Below, piece by piece: positions 47,404-56,833 of a stretch of DNA of 64,000 nt; position 1 is the stretch's first letter, and each line of letters begins with the position of its first letter. Under the pieces are notes generated by a model. The model had not been told where the DNA came from. It did not search any database and was given only the letters and a program-made list of their open reading frames with translations. Position numbers and translations under genes: made by a program. Source of the DNA: an uncultured delta proteobacterium (GTDB lineage: Bacteria > Myxococcota_A > Polyangia > Polyangiales > Polyangiaceae); assembly GCA_963850305.1 (NCBI GenBank), contig CAWKKR010000004.1, positions 384,001 to 448,000 of the forward strand, read 5' to 3'.

Positions 47404-48915
47404 TCAATAAACCGAACCGAAGCGCGGTCGTGAGCTCGAATCGCCGCGTGATCGTGGCCACGTGTAGAGCACCCACTTCTCGGTGCCTCTGGTGCGCAAG
47501 GTCGTCTGCACTGGGGTTCCCAGAACCTTGTTCGGGATCAACACGCCGAAGAGTTCGTAGCCGGCGACCAACCGGGGAAGCCACGCGGAGTCATGATAAA
47601 TGACGGCGCTGGGGCGATACCGAAGGAACGTCGGCTGGGTGTATCGGAGCGCTTTGCTGCGGGCGCCCTCGAACAGCAGCGCTTCGCCTGCAGGGACGAA
47701 CTGCACGATCGACGACGGCTCTCTCCGTCCGAGATCTCGAAGCCCCGCCGAGACGACGGCGACGTCTTCGTCCGTCGCGTAAACGGCGAGATGACCCGTC
47801 CGCGCCACGGTGGCGCGGTCCACGGAGCGACTCAGATAACCGTCGCGATCCACGAACCCGAGCACACCGAGCGCAAACGCAAGCCCGGAGACGGCGAGAG
47901 CGGCGGCGCGACGGCGCGGGCCCCACCCCTCCACCGTCGCCGACACCACCTCGATGACGACGAACGCGGTCACGAGAATCGCGAAGGCGGTATACGACTC
48001 GTAAAGCCAGCCCACGGTGGCTGCGGTCTGGACGAAGAGACTCGCGGCCAGCGCTCCCAGCGCGAAAACACGAGCTCCGACCCGGCGAGCGGCGAAGAGC
48101 GCCACCAGGAGAGCCAGCGCTGGAACGTACACGACGGCGTGCGACGCGCGAGCGAGAGGTCCGCCGTCGAGCGCGGACATCCCACGTTTGGCCCGGAGCT
48201 GATTGCCCATGTCGATGCGGAACGCGGCGAAGTGCGTGCCCGCATACCCCGCGTAGGCGGCCCACGCCGCGACCGCCGCGCACAGAACGAGGACGTCCAC
48301 CCCGTTCATCGGACGTCGCTCGCGACGCGCAGCGACGCCGTAGACGACGCCCGCGAGCAGCAGGAAGAGCCCGTTGGGGTGAACGAGCGGCGCAAGCGCC
48401 AGAAGGCCGAGCCCGGCGACGCGACCGCGAGTCAGAAGGAAGAAGCCGGCAGCTCCGAGGAGCAATACGAGGCTCTCCATCCGCGCAACGTTCCCGACGA
48501 GGAGAAAGACTGGACAGAAGGTGAATGCCGCGATGACGCAGGAATGCGCGAGCCGGGCCCGCGACCGTGCGACGCACCCGAAGGCGAACGCGAACGCGCC
48601 GCTCATGCACAGGGCCGAGACGCAACGCGCACGGGAGAGGGAGAACGCCATCACCTTGAGGAGCAGTCCGTGAAGCAGCATGAACCCCGGCGGCATCCAG
48701 AACAGATCCCGATGCGGATTCATCTCGGGAGCGAACAACGACCACGTGTCGCGAAACGCGAGCGCGGGCCAGAGAAACGAGCTCTCGTCGGACCAGGGCA
48801 CGGGATAGCCGAGCCCGAGGCGTCGCGTTCGAATGAAGTACACGACGATCGCGAGAGCCACTCCGCCGAAAGCGACGGCAGTTGCCCGTCTGCCGTGCCG
48901 TGACGCCTGCGCCAT
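47404..48915 (-). CDS. Polytopic membrane protein, GT-C/ArnT-like
   Basis: PWSDE after the first TM helix, WMPP, ARME and HPNG; many TM segments. Confidence 0.6.
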   Translation of the reverse strand: MAQASRHGRRATAVAFGGVALAIVVYFIRTRRLGLGYPVPWSDESSFLWPALAFRDTWSLFAPEMNPHRDLFWMPPGFMLLHGLLLKVMAFSLSRARCVSALCMSGAFAFAFGCVARSRARLAHSCVIAAFTFCPVFLLVGNVARMESLVLLLGAAGFFLLTRGRVAGLGLLALAPLVHPNGLFLLLAGVVYGVAARRERRPMNGVDVLVLCAAVAAWAAYAGYAGTHFAAFRIDMGNQLRAKRGMSALDGGPLARASHAVVYVPALALLVALFAARRVGARVFALGALAASLFVQTAATVGWLYESYTAFAILVTAFVVIEVVSATVEGWGPRRRAAALAVSGLAFALGVLGFVDRDGYLSRSVDRATVARTGHLAVYATDEDVAVVSAGLRDLGRREPSSIVQFVPAGEALLFEGARSKALRYTQPTFLRYRPSAVIYHDSAWLPRLVAGYELFGVLIPNKVLGTPVQTTLRTRGTEKWVLYTWPRSRGDSSSRPRFGSVY

Positions 48916-49018
48916 ACCGGGATCGGTCGTGTATCACACGGGCGTCTCTACGAGAAATGTCCGTCGGATGCGAAATGCGCGTTTCCGGGTGGGACTCTGG
49001 TCTAGAAAGCGTCTCTCG

Positions 49019-51451
49019 ATGCCCGGTGAACCGCGCCCCAAAATCTACGCGGGGTTGTTCTTCGTCACGCTCGCGACGTTGATGCACGAGATCCTGCTCA
49101 CGCGGATCTTCAGCGTGACCATGTGGTACCACTTCGCGTTCATGGCGATTTCGATCGCCATGTTCGGGATGACCGTCGGGGCCATCGTCGTGTTCCTGAC
49201 GAAGCCCCCGGAACGGGAGGCGCTGGAAGCGCGCCTCGCCTCGACGGCTCTCGCCTACGCGGTGTCGATCGTCGTCGGGTTCCTCGTCTACCTGCGGATC
49301 CCGTTCATCGGCAACGCGACGCCGAAGAGCATCCTCTTTCTCACGCTCAGCTACGTGGTCATCGCCATTCCGTTCGTGTGGAGCGGCGTGACGGTCGCGC
49401 TCGTGCTCTCGACGTTCCAGAAGCGTGTGAGCTCGCTCTACGCGACCGACCTGCTCGGCGCGGCGCTCGGGTGCGTGTGTCTCGTCGTCGCCCTCGAGAT
49501 GACGGACGCGGCGAGCGTGGTGCTGATCGTCGGCGCGCTGGCGGCCGTTGGCGCGGCCTGCTTCGCCCTGGGCAACCCTTCGGCGCGGCTGTGGACCGCA
49601 GTGTCGCTCGTGAGCGTTCTTGCCGTGGCCGCCGTCGCGAACACGATTTTGACGCGTGAAAATCGTTCTCTCATTCCGATCAGGGACACCGCGTCGAACT
49701 CGAACGACGCCTACCGATGGGTCCGCTGGAACTCGCACTCGCGTGTAACGGTCTCCGGAAATCCCCTCCGGACGTCGCTCGCCGCGGGCTGGGGACTCAG
49801 CTGGAAGACCGGGGCCACGGACGTCCGTGTGCGCCAGCTGGGGATGAACATCGACACCTGGGCGGGCACGATCATCACGGAGTTCAGAGGAGACACGGCT
49901 CCGCTCTGGTACCTGCGCGACGACGTGACGAACATCGCGCACTACCTGCGGCCCAATTCCAACGTGTTCGTGGTCGGCGTGGGCGGCGGCAGGGACGTGC
50001 TCGCGGGGCTGGTGTTCGACCAGAAATCGGTCACGGGAGTGGAAGTGAACCGGGACGTGCTCCGTGCGACGACGGACGTATTCGGCGACTTCGCGGGACA
50101 CCTGGATCGAAACCCTAAGGTCACGTTGGTCGTCGACGAGGCACGGAGCTATCTCACGCGGCTGGATCGTCACTTCGACATCATCCAGCTGTCGCTCATC
50201 GATACCTGGGCGGCGACGGCCGCGGGCGCGTTCGTGCTGACAGAGAACTCGCTCTACACGGTCGAAGCATGGAAGACGTTCCTTTCGCACCTCACGCCGC
50301 GCGGCATTCTGACGGTGAGCCGCTGGTATTACCCAAACCGCCCGGCCGAGGCGATCCGCATCACCGCGCTCGCGCGCGCCGGACTCGAGGCGATCGGAGT
50401 GAAGGATCCCGCTTCGCACGTGGCCCTCGTGCTCGCGCCCAAGGCGCAAGGCGTACCGGGCGCGCTCGGGAACGGCATCGCGACGATCCTCGTGAGCCCG
50501 ACGGCCTTCAGCGCCGCCGATCTCGCGACGCTGGACGCACAGACGGCACGCCTGGGATTCGAATACATCGCCCGCCCCGGAGTGAAGGAACCCGGGCCCT
50601 ACGGCTCGATCCTCGGGAGCGCTGACCCGTCGGCGTTTTATCGCTCGTTCTCGCTCGACGTCTCACCGCCGACCGACGACCGTCCCTTTTTCTTCCAGAT
50701 GCTCCGGCTCCGCGACGTGATGAAGTCCCTTTCCGTGAGCTGGCTCGATCCGAATCGCTCGAACCTCGAGGCCATCCGGGTCCTCGTCGTGCTGCTCGGA
50801 ATCGTCACCGTGCTCACGGTGCTGTGCATCGGGATGCCGCTCGCGCTCCGGGCCCGGACGGGGTTGCCGCCAGGGTCCATGTCGCTCCTTTCGTTCTTCG
50901 TCGCGATTGGATTGGGTTTCATGTTCGTCGAAGTGTCGGAGATGCAGCGACTGATGGTGCTCCTCGGGAAACCGACGTACGCGCTGTCGGTGGTGTTGTT
51001 CACGCTCCTCGTCGGAAGCGGGCTCGGGAGCTTCGCGAGCGCGCGCATCTCGACGGAGCACGGACCGAAGAACGGTCTTCTGGCGCTGATCATTCTCCTG
51101 GGCGTGCTCGCGGTCGCTGGCCTCGCGACACCGTTCGTGGTGCGCGCGCTCGCCGGCTCGCCGACGTCCGTCCGCATCGCCGCGGCGGGGAGCACTCTGC
51201 TCCCACTCGGTTTTTTCATGGGGATGCCGTTTCCGCTCGGACTCCGCGCCGCCAAGAGGAGCCCGTTGCTCGTACCGTGGCTCTGGGGCGTGAACGGGGC
51301 AGCGTCGGTCCTCTGCTCGGTGCTGGCGATCGTCGTCGCGCTCGGCGCGGGGATCGCCGCATCGTTCTGGATGGGCGTGGCGTGTTACGGCGCAGCGCTC
51401 CTCGCGTATCTTTCGACCACGAAAGGGGCGGAGCCGACCGGCGCTCACTGA
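49019..51451 (+). CDS. Membrane-fused spermidine-synthase-like SAM-dependent transferase
   Basis: EILLTRIFS, LYATDLLGA, VGVGGGRD, VEVN, ENSLYTVEA, TDDRPFF and WGVNG. Confidence 0.82.
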   Translation: MPGEPRPKIYAGLFFVTLATLMHEILLTRIFSVTMWYHFAFMAISIAMFGMTVGAIVVFLTKPPEREALEARLASTALAYAVSIVVGFLVYLRIPFIGNATPKSILFLTLSYVVIAIPFVWSGVTVALVLSTFQKRVSSLYATDLLGAALGCVCLVVALEMTDAASVVLIVGALAAVGAACFALGNPSARLWTAVSLVSVLAVAAVANTILTRENRSLIPIRDTASNSNDAYRWVRWNSHSRVTVSGNPLRTSLAAGWGLSWKTGATDVRVRQLGMNIDTWAGTIITEFRGDTAPLWYLRDDVTNIAHYLRPNSNVFVVGVGGGRDVLAGLVFDQKSVTGVEVNRDVLRATTDVFGDFAGHLDRNPKVTLVVDEARSYLTRLDRHFDIIQLSLIDTWAATAAGAFVLTENSLYTVEAWKTFLSHLTPRGILTVSRWYYPNRPAEAIRITALARAGLEAIGVKDPASHVALVLAPKAQGVPGALGNGIATILVSPTAFSAADLATLDAQTARLGFEYIARPGVKEPGPYGSILGSADPSAFYRSFSLDVSPPTDDRPFFFQMLRLRDVMKSLSVSWLDPNRSNLEAIRVLVVLLGIVTVLTVLCIGMPLALRARTGLPPGSMSLLSFFVAIGLGFMFVEVSEMQRLMVLLGKPTYALSVVLFTLLVGSGLGSFASARISTEHGPKNGLLALIILLGVLAVAGLATPFVVRALAGSPTSVRIAAAGSTLLPLGFFMGMPFPLGLRAAKRSPLLVPWLWGVNGAASVLCSVLAIVVALGAGIAASFWMGVACYGAALLAYLSTTKGAEPTGAH

Positions 51452-53376
51452 TGGAACGGGCGCGGCGGACCCTCGAGCTCGCCGCTTACGCCGCGGCGCT
51501 CGTCCTCGTCACTCTGTACTTCTTTCAATCCGCGACGCTCGCGCCGAACCACGCCGATGGCGGGCTGCTGCTCCAGTACATCGACGGCATGGCGCACGGG
51601 CAGCGGCCCTTCTATGATTTTGCGGACGCCTATGGCCCGTTGAACTGGGTCTTCCCGGTCGCGTTCTATCGAGCGTTCGGCGACAGGGTCTGGGGAGTGA
51701 GGATGTGGCTCGTCCTCATGAAGGTCGTGACGGTCGTCGCCACGTTCGTGCTCGTGCGGCGGCTGTCGCAGACACCGCACGCGGCGAAGGAAGAAGGCCC
51801 CCCTTTCCCGGAGGGAACGTTCTACGGCGCAGTCGGGGGCTTCTTCACTGCGATCCTGCTCGGCGCACGATGGCAATCGCTGGAGACGGCGTACGCGTTC
51901 CTGACGGTAATGCCACTCGTACTCTCGACCTGGTACCTCGTGCTGTGCGCGCCTCTCTCGACACCGAGAAAGAACGTGACCCTCGCCGCCCTGCTCACGG
52001 CCGCGACGATCTGGACGAAGCTCAACACGGGGATGTACCTCTTCGCCGCCGGGCTCTTCGCGTACTTCTTCCTGACGCCGTACCCCGCCGACCCCACGCG
52101 GGAGCCTGGGCGCGAAGTCGTCACCCCGCGCACCTTCCGACGAATGAGGTACGCGGGAGGCGCTGCATACGTCCTCATGTTCTCCCTCATGATCCGACGT
52201 TACTTCGACGTCTGGTTCTTCCTGTACCTGTTCGTCCCGCTGCTACTCGGCGTCGCGTGGACGCTCCGCGTGATGCCGAGCACGTCGGATGACGAGCGCC
52301 CGTCTCGATACCTCTCCCCATGGCTCCGGTACCTGACGACGACGGTAATCGTATCCCTCATGGTGCTCGTCGGGTACTACGGATCCCATTCGAAGGAGTA
52401 CCTCTCGGAGCTCGCGACGATCCTGGCCGTCGTGAAATACACAGCGCCGTTTGCGGCGCTCCTCGTGCCGGGTCACTACGTCGGATTGAACGAGTACGGC
52501 TGGTTGCAGCTTCCTCTGCTCGCAACGACCCTCTTCGTCGTCTGGATCGGTTCTTCGCGGCGCGCCGGCCCGCACGCCTTCGGGGCGGCCTGGCGGCAGC
52601 GACGCGCGCAGGTCGGCGGCCTCTTCGTCATGGTGACGCTCCACACCTTCGGAATGTACGCGCGCTGCGACGAGACGCACATCTTCCAGGTTCTGGTGCT
52701 CGCGGTGCCCGCCATCACCGTGTTCGTCGCGCATCTGGAGGCGTTCGTCACGAGCCGACTTCCATCGAGGAAGCCCCCGTTTCGACTTGCGGTCGTCGGC
52801 GTCGGCATATTTTTCGCGCAGAGCCTGTTCGTGGTCCCCACGGCGGCCGCGTTCGAGATCGGAAAGGGGGATTGGAGCTCCCCTGCGCTGGAGCACCTGA
52901 GGTATCGGGGTTCCAATCGCTACGTCAAGCAAGACAGTCCTAGCCTCACCGACCGCGCGTGGGACGCGGCGATGGACCGCACCGCGCAGTACATCAAAAG
53001 CGTCTCGTCACCGAACGACCGGATGCTCATGCTCACGGCGGATCGGATCCTCTATGTCGCGACCGGGACGCGCCCGGTGGGCGATCGTTATCATTTCTTT
53101 TTTTATCTCGCGAGCGTCGGGCTCATCGATCGAGAAGGCTTCGACCGCCTCGTGCCTGAAGCCGTCTTGCAGGACATCCTGGAACATCCACCCCACGTCC
53201 TCGTGAGCGCCTACGGAGGCGCGCCCCTGGAAGTCGTGTTCCCCGAGCTCCGAGATCTCCGCGATCATCGATACGTCCTGACCCGGCACTACCGCCACAT
53301 CTTGGTCTACGAGTTGAGAACCGATGGACAGCTCCCTCCTCGACAGCCAGCGCAAGGCGCCAAGTCTGTTGATTGA
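51451..53376 (+). CDS. Polytopic membrane protein, probable GT-C glycosyltransferase
   Basis: ADGG...GQRPFYDF..YGP loop after TM1, many TM segments and a periplasmic C-terminal domain. TGATG overlap with the upstream gene. Confidence 0.6.
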   Translation: MERARRTLELAAYAAALVLVTLYFFQSATLAPNHADGGLLLQYIDGMAHGQRPFYDFADAYGPLNWVFPVAFYRAFGDRVWGVRMWLVLMKVVTVVATFVLVRRLSQTPHAAKEEGPPFPEGTFYGAVGGFFTAILLGARWQSLETAYAFLTVMPLVLSTWYLVLCAPLSTPRKNVTLAALLTAATIWTKLNTGMYLFAAGLFAYFFLTPYPADPTREPGREVVTPRTFRRMRYAGGAAYVLMFSLMIRRYFDVWFFLYLFVPLLLGVAWTLRVMPSTSDDERPSRYLSPWLRYLTTTVIVSLMVLVGYYGSHSKEYLSELATILAVVKYTAPFAALLVPGHYVGLNEYGWLQLPLLATTLFVVWIGSSRRAGPHAFGAAWRQRRAQVGGLFVMVTLHTFGMYARCDETHIFQVLVLAVPAITVFVAHLEAFVTSRLPSRKPPFRLAVVGVGIFFAQSLFVVPTAAAFEIGKGDWSSPALEHLRYRGSNRYVKQDSPSLTDRAWDAAMDRTAQYIKSVSSPNDRMLMLTADRILYVATGTRPVGDRYHFFFYLASVGLIDREGFDRLVPEAVLQDILEHPPHVLVSAYGGAPLEVVFPELRDLRDHRYVLTRHYRHILVYELRTDGQLPPRQPAQGAKSVD

Positions 53377-53405
53377 ACGCACGGCGGTAGTAAGCTCCGA
53401 CGCGC

Positions 53406-54080
53406 ATGCGCAGCTCTCGCTCCGGGACATCCACCCGAATCGCCGCCTTTGCGGCGCTCGTGACCTTCTCGCTCGTGGCGTGTCACGATGATCCGCCTCG
53501 AATCCACGTCGCGGATGTCGAGCGTTGCGAGCAGGGCGTCGCCCAGGCCAACGATGCAAAGTCGGAACAGGCCGCCGCGACCGCCTTCTACACGGGGTGC
53601 GCCAACGTGTTCGCCGAGTCCGCGTGCAGCAAGGCGATGGTCACGGCGGCGAGCGCCGACGCTGCTGCGCGGACGATGATCGTCGCCAACGGATGCCGGC
53701 AGGTCTATTGCCGGGCTCTGCCGGCTGCGGTCGACCTCGAGATGTGTCAACCGGATTTCAAGCCGACGACCGACTCCGTTGCGCGGGCCTGGCCTGCGCT
53801 GCAAACGGCGATCGTCGACTACGACGCTGACGATCTGGCGCCCCGAGTCCTTGCGGCGATGCTCCGATTCTTCTTGATCGAGGTGAAGTGGCAAAAGAAG
53901 CCGGCGGCTGCACTCGGCGCACCTCCGGCGCCGGGAAGCGCCGCATCGCCCGCGCCATCGGCAACGTCGACGCCAGCAGCGTCGGGCGGTCCGGCCGTGG
54001 CGGCGTCAGGGAACACACCGACGCCTCCTGCGAGCGCGCCCGTACGGAAGAAGAGTCAGGTCAAAACTGAAAGTAAATGA
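53406..54080 (+). CDS. Cys-rich hypothetical lipoprotein
   Basis: Lipobox LVAC, several Cys residues and a Pro/Ala tail. Confidence 0.65.
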   Translation: MRSSRSGTSTRIAAFAALVTFSLVACHDDPPRIHVADVERCEQGVAQANDAKSEQAAATAFYTGCANVFAESACSKAMVTAASADAAARTMIVANGCRQVYCRALPAAVDLEMCQPDFKPTTDSVARAWPALQTAIVDYDADDLAPRVLAAMLRFFLIEVKWQKKPAAALGAPPAPGSAASPAPSATSTPAASGGPAVAASGNTPTPPASAPVRKKSQVKTESK

Positions 54081-55461
54081 ACTCGACCCCGCCGCCGGAC
54101 GCGAGCACGGACGCGGCGAGAACGACACCGAGCAAGCTGCCTTCGAGCGCGGGACCCCACGCCGCATCGGCGACTCTCGCGTGAATTGCAGGCAGGTGCG
54201 TCCGGAGCGCGCGCTCCGCACCGTGCAGAGCGCAGCAGACCACGACCGTGATCGTCGGCAATATGGGCCAGCCATGAAGCAGGCTGCTGTGGGTCAGGCC
54301 GCGCACGAAGGCGGTCGAATCGGCCCAGCTGCCTGCACGGAACGGGATCCAGGCGAGGCTCACTAGATTGAACATCGAGAGGATCGCGGGTAGGTCCGAC
54401 CAAGTGATCGGTCGATTCTCGTCGATCCCGTGCTTCCGGACGAGGCGGCCCAGCGCCAGCAAGACCCCGTGGATGCCGCCCCACACGACGAAGTTCAGCC
54501 CTGCGCCGTGCCAGAGTCCGCCGAGGAGCATCGTGACGAACAGGTTCACGAGGGTGCGAGCTCCGCCGCGACGATTGCCGCCGAGCGGAATGTAAAGGTA
54601 GTCCCTCAGCCATCGCGACAGAGTGATGTGCCAGCGCCGCCAGAACTCCGAAGGGCTACGCGACAGATACGGTTCTTCGAAGTTCATCGGAAGCTCGAAC
54701 CCGAGCACACACGCGAGCCCGCGGGCCATATCGCTGTAGCCGGAGAAGTCGAAGTAGATCTGGAATGCGAACGAGTACGCGGCGATGAGATGACAGGGCG
54801 CGTTCGTCGCGCCCGGAACGCCGAAGATCTCCGTGACGAAAGGCAACAGCAGGTAGTCGGAGAGAATCGCCTTCTTGACGAGCCCGACCGAAAAGAGCCA
54901 GAGCCCGCGGCGCGTCCGCTCGCGCGTCCGTCGTCCACCTTGCTCGAGCTGAGGCAACAGTTCGTCCCCGCGCATGATCGGACCGGCGATCAGATGCGGA
55001 AAGAACGTGACGAAGAGCATGTACTTCCCGAACGACGGGCACGGTCGCTTACCCCCGTACACGTCGACCGCGAGGCTGATGATCTCGAAGCTGTAAAAGG
55101 AGATCCCGAGCGGGAGCGTGATCTCGGGAATGCGCGGCATCCTGCCGATGCGCGCGAGGATCGGCATCGCGAGCCCGAGTCCGAAGGCGGCGTACTTGAA
55201 GATCGCGAGGATCGAGAGGGTCAACGTGATGGACGCAATCAGGTAGCGCCGAGGATGGGCGCTGCGGCTCATCTGCCTGGTCAGGAGGAAGTTCGCAGCA
55301 AGCGTGCCGACCAGCAGAAGCACATAGCTCGGAACCCAGAGCGTGTAGAACGTGAGGCTCGCGGCGAGGAGTACCGCGGTGCGATAACGCGCCGGAGCGG
55401 CCACGAACGCGGCGAACACGAGCGCGAAGAACGCGGCGAACTGGAAGCTATTGAACAGCAT
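54061..55461 (-). CDS. MBOAT O-acyltransferase (AlgI/DltB family)
   Basis: MLFNS, LPLGISFYSF, FFPHLIAGPI, DFSGYSDMA, FWRRWHITLS, GLWHGA and FIYFQF. Confidence 0.95.
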   Translation of the reverse strand: MLFNSFQFAAFFALVFAAFVAAPARYRTAVLLAASLTFYTLWVPSYVLLLVGTLAANFLLTRQMSRSAHPRRYLIASITLTLSILAIFKYAAFGLGLAMPILARIGRMPRIPEITLPLGISFYSFEIISLAVDVYGGKRPCPSFGKYMLFVTFFPHLIAGPIMRGDELLPQLEQGGRRTRERTRRGLWLFSVGLVKKAILSDYLLLPFVTEIFGVPGATNAPCHLIAAYSFAFQIYFDFSGYSDMARGLACVLGFELPMNFEEPYLSRSPSEFWRRWHITLSRWLRDYLYIPLGGNRRGGARTLVNLFVTMLLGGLWHGAGLNFVVWGGIHGVLLALGRLVRKHGIDENRPITWSDLPAILSMFNLVSLAWIPFRAGSWADSTAFVRGLTHSSLLHGWPILPTITVVVCCALHGAERALRTHLPAIHARVADAAWGPALEGSLLGVVLAASVLASGGGVEFIYFQF

Positions 55462-55660
55462 GACGTCGTGGGCGAGGGCGGCGGCGAGGCGGGGGGGCAC
55501 GGAATCGCGGCGCGTTCGTCAGGATGGCGCGGGCCAGCGCGTCGCCGACGATCTCCGCGCCGTCGTAGGCGCCGGCGGCGCCGCACGCGAAGGCGGCGAA
55601 CAGTGTGACCGATGCCACAGCGCAGCAAACATGGCGAGGCGGCTCCTCGGGTGGCGTCAC
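55448..55660 (-). pseudogene. Short ORF, possibly an internally deleted SGNH/AlgJ-like paralog
   Basis: GTG overlaps the upstream TGA. Encodes anchor-like CAVASVTLFAAFACGAA joined to GAEIVGDALARAIL. Confidence 0.35.
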
Positions 55661-56789
55661 GGGTGGCGCCCTCTCATTTTCGCCACGGCCGCCGCGAGCT
55701 CCCCGCCGAGAATGTGCGCTGCGCTGGACTTGCCCGCGGTGGTGAAGTGATCCCCGGGGTCGAGGAACGCCGCGTCCGGGAAGCGCGCGTGGAAATCGAC
55801 GAAGGTCGCGCCGCTCGCCTCGGTCATCGAGCGAAACGTCGCTATGGTGCGGTCCAGCCCGTCGAGCGAATACCCGAGCGCGCGCAGATGGTCGACGTTG
55901 AGCGGCGTGGTCCACACGAGCAACGGAACCCCCGCGCGTCGGTAATCGTCCAGGAGGGCCGCGAAGACACGAACGCGCGGCGAGCTCGGGTCGACGCCGC
56001 GAAGGACGTTGCCGAGTTGCTGCTCCGCGTACAGCCTCGAGTCGCGCGGTCTGGCGCCGGGCGCAACGACGAGCTGCTCGAGACCCAATCGGGCCGACCA
56101 GAGCCACGCCGTCGTGCCTAGCCCGGTCGGACCGTCGATGGCGCGCTCGAGTCGCCGATCCAAAGATGCTCGCAGATCGAAGATCCGCCCCTGGCGCTCG
56201 ACGAGCGCCGCCCACTCGTCTTCGAGGCCGAGGTCGATGAGAAGTCGGTAAGAAAGAAGCCGATTCAACGTGATGCCCGTGTACGAGAGCGGCAGCCAGG
56301 CGGCCTCCCACAGGCGTGAGCCGTGAATCAACCCGGCCAGCTCGGGGAACGACGCGAAACCGGGCGGCGCAGGGCCCCAGAGCTGCAGGTTGAGCTCGAA
56401 AACCACGCGATCCGGGTGCGGCGCTAGCACCTCGTCGACGAGGCAGTAGTGTCCGGCGATGCCGAGCGCGGGCCAGCTGAGCGCGTGAACGGCCAGATGA
56501 CGGACACCACCGCGATGACGCCAGAGCGCCCGCTGGAGCAGAGCGGGAAGTGACTCATTGCGTCCGGTTGCCCAGAGCTTCGAGTCCCCGACCATCGCGA
56601 GACGCGCGTGGCGACAATCCCCGCGGTCTCGCGTCGCCACGATTCCACGCCCGACATGAGCCCGACGACGGTGGTGACCTTGGCGATGCCCGACACCGCG
56701 AGAGCGGCGTCGGCAGCCGCCATCACTAGCCCCGCACTGACGATGAATGACGCCAGAAACGTCGCGCTCGCCCAGAGGCCGCGAGCCAA
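55657..56789 (-). CDS. SGNH/GDSL (AlgJ/DltD-like) acyl-transfer partner, frameshift at ~56619-56622
   Basis: N-terminal anchor in ORF 56424..56789; MVGDS and DPGDH in ORF 55657..56859. One added G restores ETAGDCRHARLAMVGDS. Confidence 0.7.
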
Positions 56790-56833
56790 AGTTCAGCTCC
56801 GCCTCCGGAGCTCGCCCGACCTCGCCGAGGGAG

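Noticed and set aside
47591..50449. 952-aa minus-strand ORF
   Set aside because: Arg-rich and motif-free; it overlaps well-supported genes in other frames.
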